Notes: generated by a model from the sequence alone, not told the origin. Positions 1 to 11,156 are shown, numbered from the stretch's first letter. The stretch: DNA of 64,000 bases from a virus (IMGVR_UViG_3300031994_000051:1-64000); one strand, 5' to 3'. Numbers and translations: made by a program.

Positions 1-1540
1 AAAGACCGCTATAGAGATTGTTGATAAGATTTTGAAGATTTTCAAAGGTCTTCCGTTTTGGTTGAAACCTGGCACAAAGTCTTGGGGTAAGACTTCGATC
101 GAACTTGACAACGGGTCGAAAATTTTGTCAACAGCAACAACAAATACGGCATCGATCGGTTTTACGATTCATTGTGTTCTACTTGACGAGTTTGCTCATA
201 TTCCAGCTAACATAGTGAACAATTTCTGGAGATCTGTTTATCCGACTTTGTCTTCGTCTAAGGTTTCTCAGTGTATAATTACATCGACACCCAATGGAAC
301 AACCAATAAGTTCTATGAACTCTGGTCTGGTGCTATGGAAAAGAAGAACACATTTTACCCGATCAGGGTCGATTATTGGGAAGTTCCAGAACATGATGAC
401 GCTTGGGCTGCGAAACAACGTGCTAATTTTGGAGATGAGGAGTTCGCCCAAGAGTTCGAGCTTCAGTTCAACAAGAACTCTAAGATGTTGATGAAGGCTA
501 AGGACATGGACTTCATGGATCGTTTTGTTAAGGATTATGTCCATAAAGAAGTTTATGTAGGGAACCAGTATGCCAACGATGAACATATTACATGGCATCC
601 AGACTTTGATCCTAATAATATAGACGAGAACGATCGGTTCATTTTCCTTGTTGACATATCAGAGGGAAACGGAGATCCAGACGAAATCATGCAGACTAAG
701 GAACGCACGCCAGATTCAAACGCATTTACAATATTCAAGCTTGTTCTTAATTCAAAGGCAAATCTTAGGAGATATTCCCATTTGAGTTGTTCACCGAAGG
801 ATTGTGTAAGATTCGTTCAGGTTGGAAAGTATACATGCAGTTCTGAGGATGAGGTCCATATGGCAAAGGTGTGTTCGGCCCTCGCTTATAATTTGTTCAA
901 GGATCACGAACGCAGCAATGTGAGGGTTATGGTGGAGATGAATTTCAACGGCAAGTCTTTCTTTGAGGAGTTCCGCAGGCACCAGTTCTATACGGATTCT
1001 ACTGTGTTGAAGACGTATCACAAGAAACCCATCCCTGGTGAGCATCAGAAAAAGAAGTCTGGTTTCAAAACGACTTCAAACAAGGAAAGCTATTGTATCA
1101 AGGGCAACAAGCTTATATCTATGCACAGGGTTATTGTAACATGTAAGGACACTTTCAACCAGATGAAGTCGTTTGGTTATGTGAGAGGTAAATTGAAGGG
1201 GATTGCTTGCCACGACGATCTATCGATGCCAGTGTTCAACCATATTCCTAGGATGCTCGACGAGTCCAATTTCGTGAACTGGATAGAGGAGTATCTGTAT
1301 TTCAACGCAAACAGGAGCAAGGTCTATGAATTGAACGAGATTATACAGAAATGGGAGATTGATAACCCAGAGATGAGTGATGGTGATTTTATGGAACTTT
1401 TCGGAATGGATGAAACCGTTAATGAATCTAGTGACTTCGTTGATTTCGAACATGTCACTTATGGAACTGGATTTTCTTATCCTATGCAGCAGAACGCATA
1501 CGGGCAGCAAATATCATATGCTTCTCTTTTGAACAGATAA
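1..1540 (+). CDS. terL: terminase large subunit, C-terminal ~510 codons (frame open to window edge; 5' end upstream)
   Basis: Frame open from nt 2. Walker-B-like VLLDEFAH; terminase motif ITSTPNG; acidic nuclease-domain region FLVDISEGNGDPDE. TAA at 1538-1540. Confidence 0.8.
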   Translation, partial: KTAIEIVDKILKIFKGLPFWLKPGTKSWGKTSIELDNGSKILSTATTNTASIGFTIHCVLLDEFAHIPANIVNNFWRSVYPTLSSSKVSQCIITSTPNGTTNKFYELWSGAMEKKNTFYPIRVDYWEVPEHDDAWAAKQRANFGDEEFAQEFELQFNKNSKMLMKAKDMDFMDRFVKDYVHKEVYVGNQYANDEHITWHPDFDPNNIDENDRFIFLVDISEGNGDPDEIMQTKERTPDSNAFTIFKLVLNSKANLRRYSHLSCSPKDCVRFVQVGKYTCSSEDEVHMAKVCSALAYNLFKDHERSNVRVMVEMNFNGKSFFEEFRRHQFYTDSTVLKTYHKKPIPGEHQKKKSGFKTTSNKESYCIKGNKLISMHRVIVTCKDTFNQMKSFGYVRGKLKGIACHDDLSMPVFNHIPRMLDESNFVNWIEEYLYFNANRSKVYELNEIIQKWEIDNPEMSDGDFMELFGMDETVNESSDFVDFEHVTYGTGFSYPMQQNAYGQQISYASLLNR

Positions 1541-1544
1541 AACG

Positions 1545-1585
1545 CTTTTTTGTTATCTTCTTTTTCCGTATATTTGCATCATAAA
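1545..1585 (+). promoter_or_regulatory. class-I promoter (Bacteroidetes type: -33 TTTG, -7 TATATTTG)
   Basis: ttttttg...ttccgtatatttgca upstream of the ClpX-like gene. Confidence 0.6.
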
Positions 1586-1602
1586 TTCAAATATAGGATA
1601 TT

Positions 1603-2739
1603 TTGAAAGAAGTAGAGTTACCGAATAGTGTCAAGTTCAGATATTATACGCCTAAAGAGCTGAAAGCCCATCTAGACGAGTTTATCATAGGTCAGGACGA
1701 AGCGAAGAAGATCCTGTCTGTTGCTGTCTATAATCATTACAAGCGCATATTGCTTTCTTATGTTAACCCAGATGCCATGGTTGAGAAAAGCAATATCATC
1801 ATGGCTGGTCCAACTGGTTGCGGGAAGTCTGCAATGATCAGGTGCATCGCGGATTATATGGGTGTGCCTTGTTATATCGCAGATGCAACGACATTGACAC
1901 AGGCTGGTTATGTTGGGGATGACGTGGAGTCTATCATAACAGGTCTTCTTAGGAAATGTGGGTGGAGTGTCGCCCAAGCGCAATATGGGATCGTTTCCAT
2001 AGACGAGATTGACAAGTTGGCTAAAAGAGGAAGCAACCAGCATATTTCCCGTGATGTCGTTGGTGAAGGTGTGCAACAGGCTTTGTTGAAAATGGTAGAA
2101 GGTGATTTGGTTGGTGTTCCACCGCAAGAGGGTAGGAAACATCCAGATCAACCTTTGATTTATGTCAACACAAAAAACGTCCTTTTCATAGGTACAGGAG
2201 CTTTTTCTGGTATAGAGGACACTATCAAGTCAAGGATCAACGCAAACAAGATAGGGTATTCTATATCTTCAAATAGCGGAATAGATGTTGGATCGGAAGA
2301 TTTCAATCCGTTTGACTATCTGTCGCAGGATGATTTGAAAAAGTATGGAATGATTCCAGAGTTCATAGGAAGGTTTCCTGTCATATCTACGGTGAATTCC
2401 TTGAAAAAGGAGGATCTTGTCAGGATATTGACTGAACCTAAGAATTCTCTTGTGAACCAGTACAAGCTTATGATGTCGTTGGATGGGATCGATCTTATCG
2501 TGACAAATGATGCTCTTGAACGTGTGGCAGAAATTGCTTTGAAGATTGGAACTGGAGCGCGTGGTTTGAGATCCATGATGGAATCCGTATTGAATGATTT
2601 CGTTTATGAATATTCTGATTCAAACGATTCTTCTTGCTCCGATGAAGATGGAGAAATTAAACTTGCTCCTTTGGAAATTACAAAGGATGATGTAGAGAAA
2701 ACCATATCGAAAAGATACGCAAATTATCTGGAGGATTAA
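1603..2739 (+). CDS. clpX: ClpX-like AAA+ unfoldase lacking the N-terminal zinc-binding domain
   Basis: LDEFIIGQDEAKKILSVAVYNHYKRI; Walker A MAGPTGCGKS; ATTLTQAGYVGDDVESI; sensor/IGF-like region GYSISS. Class-I promoter at 1545-1585. Confidence 0.85.
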   Translation: MKEVELPNSVKFRYYTPKELKAHLDEFIIGQDEAKKILSVAVYNHYKRILLSYVNPDAMVEKSNIIMAGPTGCGKSAMIRCIADYMGVPCYIADATTLTQAGYVGDDVESIITGLLRKCGWSVAQAQYGIVSIDEIDKLAKRGSNQHISRDVVGEGVQQALLKMVEGDLVGVPPQEGRKHPDQPLIYVNTKNVLFIGTGAFSGIEDTIKSRINANKIGYSISSNSGIDVGSEDFNPFDYLSQDDLKKYGMIPEFIGRFPVISTVNSLKKEDLVRILTEPKNSLVNQYKLMMSLDGIDLIVTNDALERVAEIALKIGTGARGLRSMMESVLNDFVYEYSDSNDSSCSDEDGEIKLAPLEITKDDVEKTISKRYANYLED

Positions 2740-2743
2740 AGCA

Positions 2744-3271
2744 ATGAAAAAGAAGACAATAATAGCAATAGTTGGTCCATCTGGATCTGGAAAGACAACT
2801 CTTTCTTTATTTCTGTATGGAAGGTATGGAATACCTTATGTGTGTTCATATACAACAAGACCCATGCGGGATAGAGAGATGAATGGTGTCGAACACATAT
2901 TTGTCACTGAAAACGATGTTCCAGATCAATCGGAAATGATTGCATACACGGTTTTCGGAGGATATCAATATTGGGCAACGAAGTCTCAAGTAAAGGATGT
3001 TACGTCATATGTGATCGACGAGAAGGGGTTGGTTTATCTTATGGAAAAGTTTGGAGATGAGTTCAACATATTTTCTGTGTATGTCACCAGAGAGAACAAT
3101 GATACAGATCAAGAGCGAAGGGACAGGGACAACGATAGGATTTTGTTTGATGAATCAGAATACGATCTAATTCTTCATAACAATTTCCCTACAAAATCTG
3201 AAATGTGCATAACGGATGGTGAGCTTATCGTTAATGCTTTAAAAGATAAAGGGATAGAAATAAATTGTTAA
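2744..3271 (+). CDS. P-loop nucleotide kinase, guanylate-kinase-like
   Basis: Walker A IVGPSGSGKTTL. GMP-kinase-like signature YTTRPMRDREMNGVEHIFV. Confidence 0.6.
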   Translation: MKKKTIIAIVGPSGSGKTTLSLFLYGRYGIPYVCSYTTRPMRDREMNGVEHIFVTENDVPDQSEMIAYTVFGGYQYWATKSQVKDVTSYVIDEKGLVYLMEKFGDEFNIFSVYVTRENNDTDQERRDRDNDRILFDESEYDLILHNNFPTKSEMCITDGELIVNALKDKGIEINC

Positions 3272-3275
3272 TAAA

Positions 3276-4226
3276 ATGCCAGTAACAAACAAATTATTCA
3301 CGGAGCTTTTCAGGGCAAAGTCCATAGACAATATGGTTCTTCCCGACAGGGTAAGGAACGCTGTGAGCAAGGGTCTTGTTCAGAATATGTTCCTTTATGG
3401 ACCTCAAGGCACTGGGAAAAGCACAATTGCCAGAATCCTTGTTGAAGGGTTTGATGTGTTGAAGATTAACGGTTCTTCAGAGAACGGAATCGATGTCATA
3501 CGAAATCAGGTTGTCAGTTTCGCGAGTGCTGTTTCCCTTGAGTTTGGATCGGAGAAGATGAAGGTCATATACATAGACGAGGCAGATGGACTAACAGATA
3601 ATGCTTGGGATGCACTTAGAGAAACTATCGAGCATTATGCTGGTTCCGTTAGGTACATTTGCACATGCAACAAAATCGACAAGATTCCTGGTCCGATCAA
3701 GTCAAGGTTCGAGTGTATCCCTGTGTTTCCAGTGACAAAGGACGAGGAATCCCAGATGATCGCTGGATATTGCGCATGGGTTGGGCAGATTCTTACAGCG
3801 ATCAAGGTTGAGTATGATAATGAGACTCTTGAGACTTTTGTCAGGAACAGTTTCCCAGACATGAGAAGCATCCTGAATTCGATTCAGTCTCTTTATACGC
3901 AGGATATAAAGATTCTGAATAAGGATGCCTTGGTTAAGACGTTCGATTGTTCGGACTTGTTTAATGTGATAATAAACGGATCGGATCCAGTGGAGAACTA
4001 TAAGTTCGTCATGTCCAACTACGCTTCAAGTCCAGACGACGCGATGCTTGAGATAAGTAGATCGATTGTCGATTTCATCCGTGTGAATTATCCTCAATAT
4101 ACTCCTAAGGTTCCTTATCTCATTACAACGATTGCTGAGTACATGTTCCAGCTGACAACTGCTCCAGACAGGGTGTTGGTGTTGCTTGCATGTATGTATA
4201 AACTTCAAATGGTATTGAAATCATGA
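3276..4226 (+). CDS. clamp-loader AAA+ ATPase (RFC small subunit / gp44-like)
   Basis: LYGPQGTGKST Walker A; IYIDEADGL Walker B; SRC-like KSRFECIP; sensor-2 region. Confidence 0.7.
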   Translation: MPVTNKLFTELFRAKSIDNMVLPDRVRNAVSKGLVQNMFLYGPQGTGKSTIARILVEGFDVLKINGSSENGIDVIRNQVVSFASAVSLEFGSEKMKVIYIDEADGLTDNAWDALRETIEHYAGSVRYICTCNKIDKIPGPIKSRFECIPVFPVTKDEESQMIAGYCAWVGQILTAIKVEYDNETLETFVRNSFPDMRSILNSIQSLYTQDIKILNKDALVKTFDCSDLFNVIINGSDPVENYKFVMSNYASSPDDAMLEISRSIVDFIRVNYPQYTPKVPYLITTIAEYMFQLTTAPDRVLVLLACMYKLQMVLKS

Positions 4227-5416
4227 GTGAAGGGAATACAAATAAGATAAACCTTATCCTTGACTTCAACAATTTTGCCATGAGATCCATGTTTACATGT
4301 AATTTCATGGATCCGACGATCAAGATTAACAACTTCGACACGGATGAAGAATGCCGAATGCTTGTTGAGAAGATTCTTCTTGATATGTGCAAGGTTGTAA
4401 GGATGTTCTCGCCGAAAAGGGTGATCGTGTCGTGTGATTCAAAGTTGCCTTGGAGAAACGATCTTTATAAGGATATCGACGGTGAGACGTATAAGGGGAC
4501 CCGTATAAAGGATGAGAAGAAGAACTGGAAGAAAATCTATGCGACATTAGACGAACTCAGGGACATACTGAAGGACAAGGGGTTTATTGTCACCCTTATC
4601 GATAGGACGGAGGCAGATGACATTACAACTATGTGGAAGGAGCATCTTTTCTCTATAGGGGAGGATGTTGTCATAGTGTCTTCCGATATGGACTGGGTCC
4701 AACTTGTTGGCATGAGCCAAAAAGGTAATGTTTGTGTATGTTTCAACCCTATAGCAAATAACAAGGGAAGGAAACATCTTTATATGGATGAATCAATCCA
4801 AGATTGGCTGAACCAAAAGGATACGACGGATATCTTTTTCAGGAACTATAATCTGACGAGGGCTACTATTAACAAACTTCCATCGATCGACGTCAAGGTT
4901 GATTTTGATGTTATCGATCCAAAGAAGGTTCTTTTGAATAAGATCATGGCTGGAGACAGATCCGATAATGTGCCCGCGTTCTGGCACTACTACAGGAACG
5001 GGAAGAAGCAGAACGTGACGGAGCTGAAGGCAAGCCATGTATTTGAGTCCCTTGGTATCAGTACGTTGGATGATCTTATCAAGGCGAATGATGATCGATT
5101 GTTGAAAGACGCACTGGAGAAGGAGATGAAACAGGATATCGATCTTGACTTTAAGGAGAGGATGGATCGCCAGAGAAAACTTGTTGAATTGAACAGTTCT
5201 TTGTTCCCTAAGAAGATTGTAAAGGCTTTCGCTGGGATGGTCGATGATGCGATGAATCAGTGCAGCGTGAATACGGCAAGCGTTCGATCTGACGAAATAT
5301 TGAATGGAACCAAGTATGCAATCAAAAAGGCTCCAGAGGGAAGGTTGAATTCCGTGTTTGATGACATAGATGCGCTTGGGAAGTTCTCTTTCCCGTCAAA
5401 TAAATTATTCGATTGA
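4223..5416 (+). CDS. 5'-3' exonuclease / flap endonuclease (T4 RNase H-like), putative
   Basis: N-terminal LILDFNNFAMRS resembles the T4 RNaseH opening. Acidic clusters VSCDS, VSSDMDW. ATGA overlap with upstream gene. Confidence 0.5.
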   Translation: MSEGNTNKINLILDFNNFAMRSMFTCNFMDPTIKINNFDTDEECRMLVEKILLDMCKVVRMFSPKRVIVSCDSKLPWRNDLYKDIDGETYKGTRIKDEKKNWKKIYATLDELRDILKDKGFIVTLIDRTEADDITTMWKEHLFSIGEDVVIVSSDMDWVQLVGMSQKGNVCVCFNPIANNKGRKHLYMDESIQDWLNQKDTTDIFFRNYNLTRATINKLPSIDVKVDFDVIDPKKVLLNKIMAGDRSDNVPAFWHYYRNGKKQNVTELKASHVFESLGISTLDDLIKANDDRLLKDALEKEMKQDIDLDFKERMDRQRKLVELNSSLFPKKIVKAFAGMVDDAMNQCSVNTASVRSDEILNGTKYAIKKAPEGRLNSVFDDIDALGKFSFPSNKLFD

Positions 5417-5425
5417 TTTAAATTT

Positions 5426-5632
5426 ATGAAGGGAACAGTAAAAATAGTTCGCGATAGTCGAAATGGAGTTTACAATGTTTTTTGTAAAAATTATTTTTGG
5501 CAAAGATGGAAACCGTTGATCGTCAACGGAAAACAATTAAGTTTCAAGTCATTCAAAGATTTTAGCGACATAACAAAGATAGAATCGTTTGGTGAAATTC
5601 GAATAAGGGTCGAAAAATATCAAGGAATGTAG
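5426..5632 (+). CDS. small hypothetical protein
   Basis: 68-codon ORF, no motif. Confidence 0.3.
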   Translation: MKGTVKIVRDSRNGVYNVFCKNYFWQRWKPLIVNGKQLSFKSFKDFSDITKIESFGEIRIRVEKYQGM

Positions 5633-5639
5633 TTTGCCA

Positions 5640-5667
5640 AATAGCGAAATTTCCGTATATTTGCATC
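5640..5667 (+). promoter_or_regulatory. class-I promoter
   Basis: TTGCCA-N16-TATATTTGCA; TTCCGTATATTTGCA at 5651-5665. Confidence 0.55.
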
Positions 5668-6198
5668 ATGAAAGAATTGAATAATACTGGAGAATCATTC
5701 AATATAGTTGACGATGATCAATGTCAGATCGATGTAGAGGTTATTGAGGAAAATCCGAAGGGAAAGAAACAGAGTCCGTTCGTTGCAATAGTTAACGCGC
5801 TGTTCATGGATCCGAACTATATCTATAACCTGACATATGAGACCGCAAGGCAGAACATATTTATGGTGTTGAGAAGGCTTGCGATCAAATATCCGATCGA
5901 AGCGAATGTGTTCAACGACGGTAAGGTGAACGCATTTGATGTGTTGAAGTTCTGGTCTGATTTCCTTTACAACGGTGTCTCGGTTCCGAGATGGACATAC
6001 ACGGCTGGTGCTTCCAAGTCAAAGGCAGTAAAGTCTGATGTCACACAAGATCAGATAAGACTCTATAAGAAACACTACGACATAACGGATAAGGAGTTTA
6101 GTGACGCGATGCGGTTCTTTCCAGAGGAAACAATAAACGAGATAAAGGAGATCGTCGCTTTCTATGATCAGTTAGAAAAATTTAAAAAGGAAAATTAA
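5668..6198 (+). CDS. hypothetical protein
   Basis: ATG 18 nt downstream of class-I promoter element 5651-5665. Confidence 0.5.
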   Translation: MKELNNTGESFNIVDDDQCQIDVEVIEENPKGKKQSPFVAIVNALFMDPNYIYNLTYETARQNIFMVLRRLAIKYPIEANVFNDGKVNAFDVLKFWSDFLYNGVSVPRWTYTAGASKSKAVKSDVTQDQIRLYKKHYDITDKEFSDAMRFFPEETINEIKEIVAFYDQLEKFKKEN

Positions 6199-6199
6199 A

Positions 6200-6730
6200 A
6201 TGCAAAAGTTGAGTTTAATTTCCGATGACTTGAAAAAACTTGTTGATGCAAGTCTGTCAACAGCAAATATAAAGAAATACGAGCTTTGTTGCATGAATAG
6301 GTTCAACATTGGGAGAGTTATCGTGAAGTGTGTTAAGGGAGAAAAACCAGTAATAGAGCTTCCAGAAACTGCGAATAAGGCTTACATGAAACTGTGGAAA
6401 AATGACGTAGGAAGCGTTTTGGTATCCGAGTTGAAGAAAGAGACGCCAGAGTTGTTCGAACTCGTTACGGCGAACTTTAGGGCACTCCTGAAGAAGATTT
6501 CCGACGATGAGTTTGATGCGTTCAAAGAGAAAGGCTTTGTTCATGTAGTTTTGGCTGATTCTAGATATACGATATTGAAGGCTGTTGGCCAGAAAAAATC
6601 ATATAGCGAGTCATCTGATGATTATGATTTTGAAGATGATTTTGACGAAAGTATGAATTCATCACAGATTATAGAGCAGGATGAGATATATAAAGAGCCT
6701 GTTGCAAACGATAGTTATCAACTCTTTTAA
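6200..6730 (+). CDS. hypothetical protein, acidic C-terminus
   Basis: Start 2 nt after upstream stop; ORF length 176 aa. Confidence 0.5.
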   Translation: MQKLSLISDDLKKLVDASLSTANIKKYELCCMNRFNIGRVIVKCVKGEKPVIELPETANKAYMKLWKNDVGSVLVSELKKETPELFELVTANFRALLKKISDDEFDAFKEKGFVHVVLADSRYTILKAVGQKKSYSESSDDYDFEDDFDESMNSSQIIEQDEIYKEPVANDSYQLF

Positions 6731-6742
6731 AAATACAATATA

Positions 6743-7390
6743 ATGCAAAAACTAACCAAAGAATTGATCATTGGTGATAACAGGATCACCCATCAGGAAA
6801 AGATTCAGATCTTCGAGGAACTTCTTAGATCAACTGGAAGGCAAGGGATCGATCAAGTTATAGACTTTGCCAAGAGAACTGATTTTTACACAACACCAGC
6901 TTCTTCTAAGTATCATTCGAATTACGATGGCGGATTGTTAGATCATTCCCTATGCGTTTATGCAATTGCCGAAGAATATTTGACATCGATCAGTTCTTTC
7001 TCCCCAGATGTCGCTGAGAAAATGGATCATAATAGTGTTATCATTTCTTGTCTTTTGCACGATTTTTGTAAGATCTGTTTCTACAAGAAAGGCCAAAAAT
7101 GGAAGAAGGATGAGACGAATTCGTGGGTTCAATATGATTCATATATAATTGAGGATACGTTTCCTATTGGACATGGAGAAAAGTCTGTAATTATGTTGCA
7201 AAGTCTCGGTTTGCAAATGACTGCAGAAGAGATGCTTGCTATCAGGTTCCATATGGCTGGGTGGGGTGATGAATCTAAGGAATATGCGGCTTCGAGGACA
7301 AATGCTTTGAAGATTTCTCCATTGGTTCATCTTGTCCAGATGGCTGATTTTTCTTCGTCAATTCTTTTTGAAAAAACTATCGAAATTTGA
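6743..7390 (+). CDS. HD-domain phosphohydrolase
   Basis: H...HD pattern (KYHSNYDGGLLDHSL ... LLHDFCK). Confidence 0.7.
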   Translation: MQKLTKELIIGDNRITHQEKIQIFEELLRSTGRQGIDQVIDFAKRTDFYTTPASSKYHSNYDGGLLDHSLCVYAIAEEYLTSISSFSPDVAEKMDHNSVIISCLLHDFCKICFYKKGQKWKKDETNSWVQYDSYIIEDTFPIGHGEKSVIMLQSLGLQMTAEEMLAIRFHMAGWGDESKEYAASRTNALKISPLVHLVQMADFSSSILFEKTIEI

Positions 7391-7391
7391 T

Positions 7392-7430
7392 TTTTTGGTT
7401 TAAATATAATTCCGTATATTTGCAGTAAGA
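7392..7430 (+). promoter_or_regulatory. class-I promoter
   Basis: TCCGTATATTTGCA at 7411-7424. Confidence 0.55.
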
Positions 7431-7457
7431 AAAACATAAACGTTAAAATTCAAAAAT

Positions 7458-8336
7458 ATGTTAGATTTAGACAAAATCTTTAAGACTTTCTTGAATATGT
7501 TTGGGGAGTCTAGCTATTCAAAATCGGATTATGATTCCTATCAGGAAAGTGTTGTTGACGGAAAACGTCATGTAACCTATGGGTTTAATGGTGATTACGA
7601 TCACGAAAAGATGAAAGGTGCAATCATCAAGGCAATGGCCCATTGGTGTAATTTCGTAACTGTTTCCGATGACTTCGATTCGTTTGTTATCACATTTGTG
7701 TTTGACGGAAAGGAATGTTTCCATTTCACATGGGATAAGGAGACAAAGAGATTCCTTACGGAGGATCCAGATGGAACCGTGTTCGCGTACAATTTCGCCA
7801 CTGGTACGATTGAACAGTGTAATCCTATCTCAAATACTCAGTGCAATCACGAAGAAGATAACGAAAAAAAGAATAATTCTATTGATTTCTGTGTACCAGA
7901 GAACAAATGTGATGAAGAACTGCCTAAAAACAAAAATCTTGCTAGTGTTATCAAAGAGCGTATAGAATCTTATGATAAAACATATGACATCAATCCTTGT
8001 GATGGATGTGAGTCGTTGTTCTGTCCAGTGAAAGCGATTGATATGTTTATTAATAATATCCAAAATAATACGAATTACGCATCCCTTCGCGACGAAGATG
8101 GTAATGTCACTGGTTTGGTTACCGATGTGATTGAACTTATTTCAGATGACGTTGAATTTCCCCTTGATATGTCGAATATAGACATCTACAACAAATTGTA
8201 CCATGATGAATCAGATCTTCTTGATGCTTTTTGTGAGGATTTCGTTGAGCTGTATGGATTCACAAAGTGTTATTGGGTCGCCAATAAGGATGAAATCGGA
8301 AACGTTGTTCAACTTACAGTGAATTGGGTGTTCTGA
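7458..8336 (+). CDS. hypothetical protein (Cys-containing, acidic)
   Basis: Class-I promoter 7392-7430 upstream; terminator 8370-8406 downstream. Confidence 0.5.
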   Translation: MLDLDKIFKTFLNMFGESSYSKSDYDSYQESVVDGKRHVTYGFNGDYDHEKMKGAIIKAMAHWCNFVTVSDDFDSFVITFVFDGKECFHFTWDKETKRFLTEDPDGTVFAYNFATGTIEQCNPISNTQCNHEEDNEKKNNSIDFCVPENKCDEELPKNKNLASVIKERIESYDKTYDINPCDGCESLFCPVKAIDMFINNIQNNTNYASLRDEDGNVTGLVTDVIELISDDVEFPLDMSNIDIYNKLYHDESDLLDAFCEDFVELYGFTKCYWVANKDEIGNVVQLTVNWVF

Positions 8337-8432
8337 GCATATCAATATTTATAAAATGAATATTTAAATGATCAGGGGAATTGATAAAGTTCTCCTGATC
8401 TTTTCTAAAAACATAAAATCAAATACATAAAT

Positions 8433-10340
8433 ATGTCTAAGATTATCGGTATAGATTTAGGTAGTACCATGAGTGCTGTTGCCGTATGTCAGAACGGCAA
8501 ACCAGAAATTATCGTGAATCAGGACGGCGAAAGAACAACACCGTCCGTTGTCGGATATGGCAAAGATGGTGAAATCAAGGTTGGCTCAGCGGCAAAGAGA
8601 CAAAGTGTTATCAACTCAAAGAGCACGATCGAAGTCATTAAGAGGTTCATTGGAAACTCATGGAAAAAGACAAAGCAATACGCAAAGGACTTTACGTATG
8701 AATTGGTGGAAGGCCCTAATGATTCCGTAAGAGTCAAGATCGGTGAAAAGGAATATACCCCACAGGAAATCAGTGCAGAGGTCTTGAGGAAACTGAAATC
8801 AGCAGCTGAGGATTTCCTCGGCGAGAAAGTGGATGGTGCCGTTATCACGGTTCCAGCTTATTTTGATGATCAACAACGTACAGCAACGATCGAAGCAGCC
8901 AAGATTGCTGGTCTTGACTGCAAGCGTATCATCAACGAGCCAACAGCGGCTTGTCTGGCTTTCGGATATGACAAACCTGATAAGACCAATGTGATCCTTG
9001 TCCTTGACCTTGGCGGGTCAACGGCTGATGTCTCCATCATTGAGATGGGTGACGGCGTGTTCGAGGTCAAGTCTACCCAAGGCGACATGGTTTTGGGAGG
9101 ACGTGACCTTGACAATGAGATTGTGAAGTGGATCGTGGACGAATTCAACAAACAGTTCGGATATGATGTGTCCAAGGATCCTATGGCGTTCCAGAGAGTC
9201 ATCGAGGAAGCTGAAAAGGCAAAGATCAGTCTTTCTTCTTCGGTCTCGACAGAAATAAACATGCCTTACCTTGCTGTTGTCGATGGTCTCCCGAAACATT
9301 TTGTTGCTACACTTACAAGGGCACAATTCGAACGTATGGCAGAAGGGTTCATGGCAAAGGTGGAAAATCTTGTGAAAGGTGCATTGAGTGCAGCCAATAT
9401 GGGAACATCACAAATCAATGAGGTCCTTCTTGTCGGAGGAACGACACGTGTTCCTTTGATTCAGGACTTTGTCCGTAAGTATTTCGGCAAGGAAGGAAAC
9501 AAGTCTGTCAATCCCGATGAAGCAGTAGCTTTGGGCGCAGCAGTACAAGGATCGATCCTCGCTGGTGACATGGGAAGCGATCTTGTGCTGCTTGACGTTA
9601 CTCCGATGAACCTCAATATCACAACACTTGGTGGCGTCGCAACAGTTATGATTCCAGCAAACACTACAATCCCTACCTCTCATGATAACATATTCTCGAC
9701 GGCTGATGATAACCAAACATCGATCACAGTTATCGTTACGCAGGGAAACAGGCCGATCGCATCGCAGAACAAACAACTAGGTTTGTTCAATCTCGATGGG
9801 ATTGCCCCAGCCGAACGTGGTGTCCCTCAATTGAAGGTTACGTTCGATATTGACTCGAATGGTGTTCTGAGTGTCACTGCAAAGGATATGGCGACCAATA
9901 AGGAACAGAGTATTCGCATAGAGGGTTCCTCTAACTTGAGTGATGAGGAGATCGATCGTATGCGTAAGGATGCTGAGGCTCATGAGGCTGATGACAAGGC
10001 TTATACGGAGAAGGTTCAAAAGAACAACATGTATGAGACTCAGATTTTCGCTGCGGAAAAGACATTGAAGAACAACGGGGATGACATTAGCGAGGAACTG
10101 AAGACAGAACTTCAGGAAAAGACTGACGCTATGAAGGCTGTGTTCAATGTCAACGAGTCTGACAGGGACATGTCTGCTGTGGAATCAGCATCGAAGGCTT
10201 TGCAGGAAATCCAGTGGAAGGTTAGCGCGGAGATTTATAAGAAATCCAATCCAGACGCAAGCGTTGGTGCAAACCCGTTTTCTGGACAAGGTAATCCTTT
10301 TTCTGGGTTTGATTTTGCTCAAGCGCAGCCTCAACAGTAA
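8433..10340 (+). CDS. dnaK: Hsp70 chaperone DnaK
   Basis: [39 protein letters not shown], substrate-binding and lid regions. Terminator 10359-10403. Confidence 0.95.
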   Translation: MSKIIGIDLGSTMSAVAVCQNGKPEIIVNQDGERTTPSVVGYGKDGEIKVGSAAKRQSVINSKSTIEVIKRFIGNSWKKTKQYAKDFTYELVEGPNDSVRVKIGEKEYTPQEISAEVLRKLKSAAEDFLGEKVDGAVITVPAYFDDQQRTATIEAAKIAGLDCKRIINEPTAACLAFGYDKPDKTNVILVLDLGGSTADVSIIEMGDGVFEVKSTQGDMVLGGRDLDNEIVKWIVDEFNKQFGYDVSKDPMAFQRVIEEAEKAKISLSSSVSTEINMPYLAVVDGLPKHFVATLTRAQFERMAEGFMAKVENLVKGALSAANMGTSQINEVLLVGGTTRVPLIQDFVRKYFGKEGNKSVNPDEAVALGAAVQGSILAGDMGSDLVLLDVTPMNLNITTLGGVATVMIPANTTIPTSHDNIFSTADDNQTSITVIVTQGNRPIASQNKQLGLFNLDGIAPAERGVPQLKVTFDIDSNGVLSVTAKDMATNKEQSIRIEGSSNLSDEEIDRMRKDAEAHEADDKAYTEKVQKNNMYETQIFAAEKTLKNNGDDISEELKTELQEKTDAMKAVFNVNESDRDMSAVESASKALQEIQWKVSAEIYKKSNPDASVGANPFSGQGNPFSGFDFAQAQPQQ

Positions 10341-10358
10341 TTTTATTGTTATTTTGGA

Positions 10359-10403
10359 AAAGGATCGATTAAATTTATTTGATCGATCCTTTTTCTTTTT
10401 TTA
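10359..10403 (+). terminator. intrinsic terminator after dnaK
   Basis: aggatcgat-taaatttattt-gatcgatcct + T-run. Confidence 0.65.
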
Positions 10404-10426
10404 TATTTTTTCCGTATATTTGCTGT
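10395..10426 (+). promoter_or_regulatory. class-I promoter
   Basis: TCCGTATATTTGCT at 10411-10424. Confidence 0.5.
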
Positions 10427-10846
10427 ATGAAACGTGAAAGAAAATATTTAACCAAGGACGAGATGAATCTTTTGTACAAATATGGTATCAAAATTACAAG
10501 AGACCGTTATGATGTGCATGATTTATTGTCCATATTGCCATATAAGTGGAAAGAAGGTTCTAAGAAAAATAGAGATGAGCATTGGGAATATATCAACTTT
10601 TATAAGGATGATATTGAATGGACATGTACAACTCCATATTGGCAATATGAGGGTGCTTGTGGATTGGTTGGATGGAACATAGTTCATGGCGAAACGTTGG
10701 TTGAATGTTTGTTTAACGCTGTTATTAGATTGGCTATTAACGACAGGACATCATTACATGTTTCAAAATTGGCAAAGACTGGCTTTTTTGCTGATGATCT
10801 ATATCATGTGACAAAAGAAGCGATGGAAAGATATTATGCAGAGTAG
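10427..10846 (+). CDS. hypothetical protein
   Basis: ATG (MKRERKY) immediately after class-I promoter 10411-10424. The ORF-track start at 10379 lies inside the terminator/promoter. Confidence 0.5.
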   Translation: MKRERKYLTKDEMNLLYKYGIKITRDRYDVHDLLSILPYKWKEGSKKNRDEHWEYINFYKDDIEWTCTTPYWQYEGACGLVGWNIVHGETLVECLFNAVIRLAINDRTSLHVSKLAKTGFFADDLYHVTKEAMERYYAE

Positions 10847-11156
10847 GTTTATTTGGCTCGCGGTTGACTCAAATGGAGATGAACGATTAACTTCAAATCC
10901 ATGTGGGTTTCAGAGATTTTCTCCAAAAGCGTTTAATGAAGGAGATAGATACGAAAATAAGAAGGTTGTTTCATATGATCAAACGATTCTTGACCATGAT
11001 GTTTGGATTGAATATCATGATTCGGATGATATTCCTAAATTTGGCGTAGTTCCACGTTGGAACTATCTTCCAAGGGGGACGATAGAAAAGATAATTGGAA
11101 GAAAACTAACATGGGAAGACGAACCAGTAAAAGTGACAGAAATAGAAAATGATTAG
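10836..11156 (+). CDS. hypothetical protein
   Basis: ORF with overlap to upstream stop. Confidence 0.45.
   Translation: MQSRFIWLAVDSNGDERLTSNPCGFQRFSPKAFNEGDRYENKKVVSYDQTILDHDVWIEYHDSDDIPKFGVVPRWNYLPRGTIEKIIGRKLTWEDEPVKVTEIEND

Noticed and set aside
179-1510. Minus-strand ORFs within terL (179..598, 553..738, 791..1045, 1220..1510) and similar antisense ORFs inside clpX, dnaK and the 922-aa gene
   Set aside because: They are embedded in strongly supported sense-strand genes, have no promoters and no motifs
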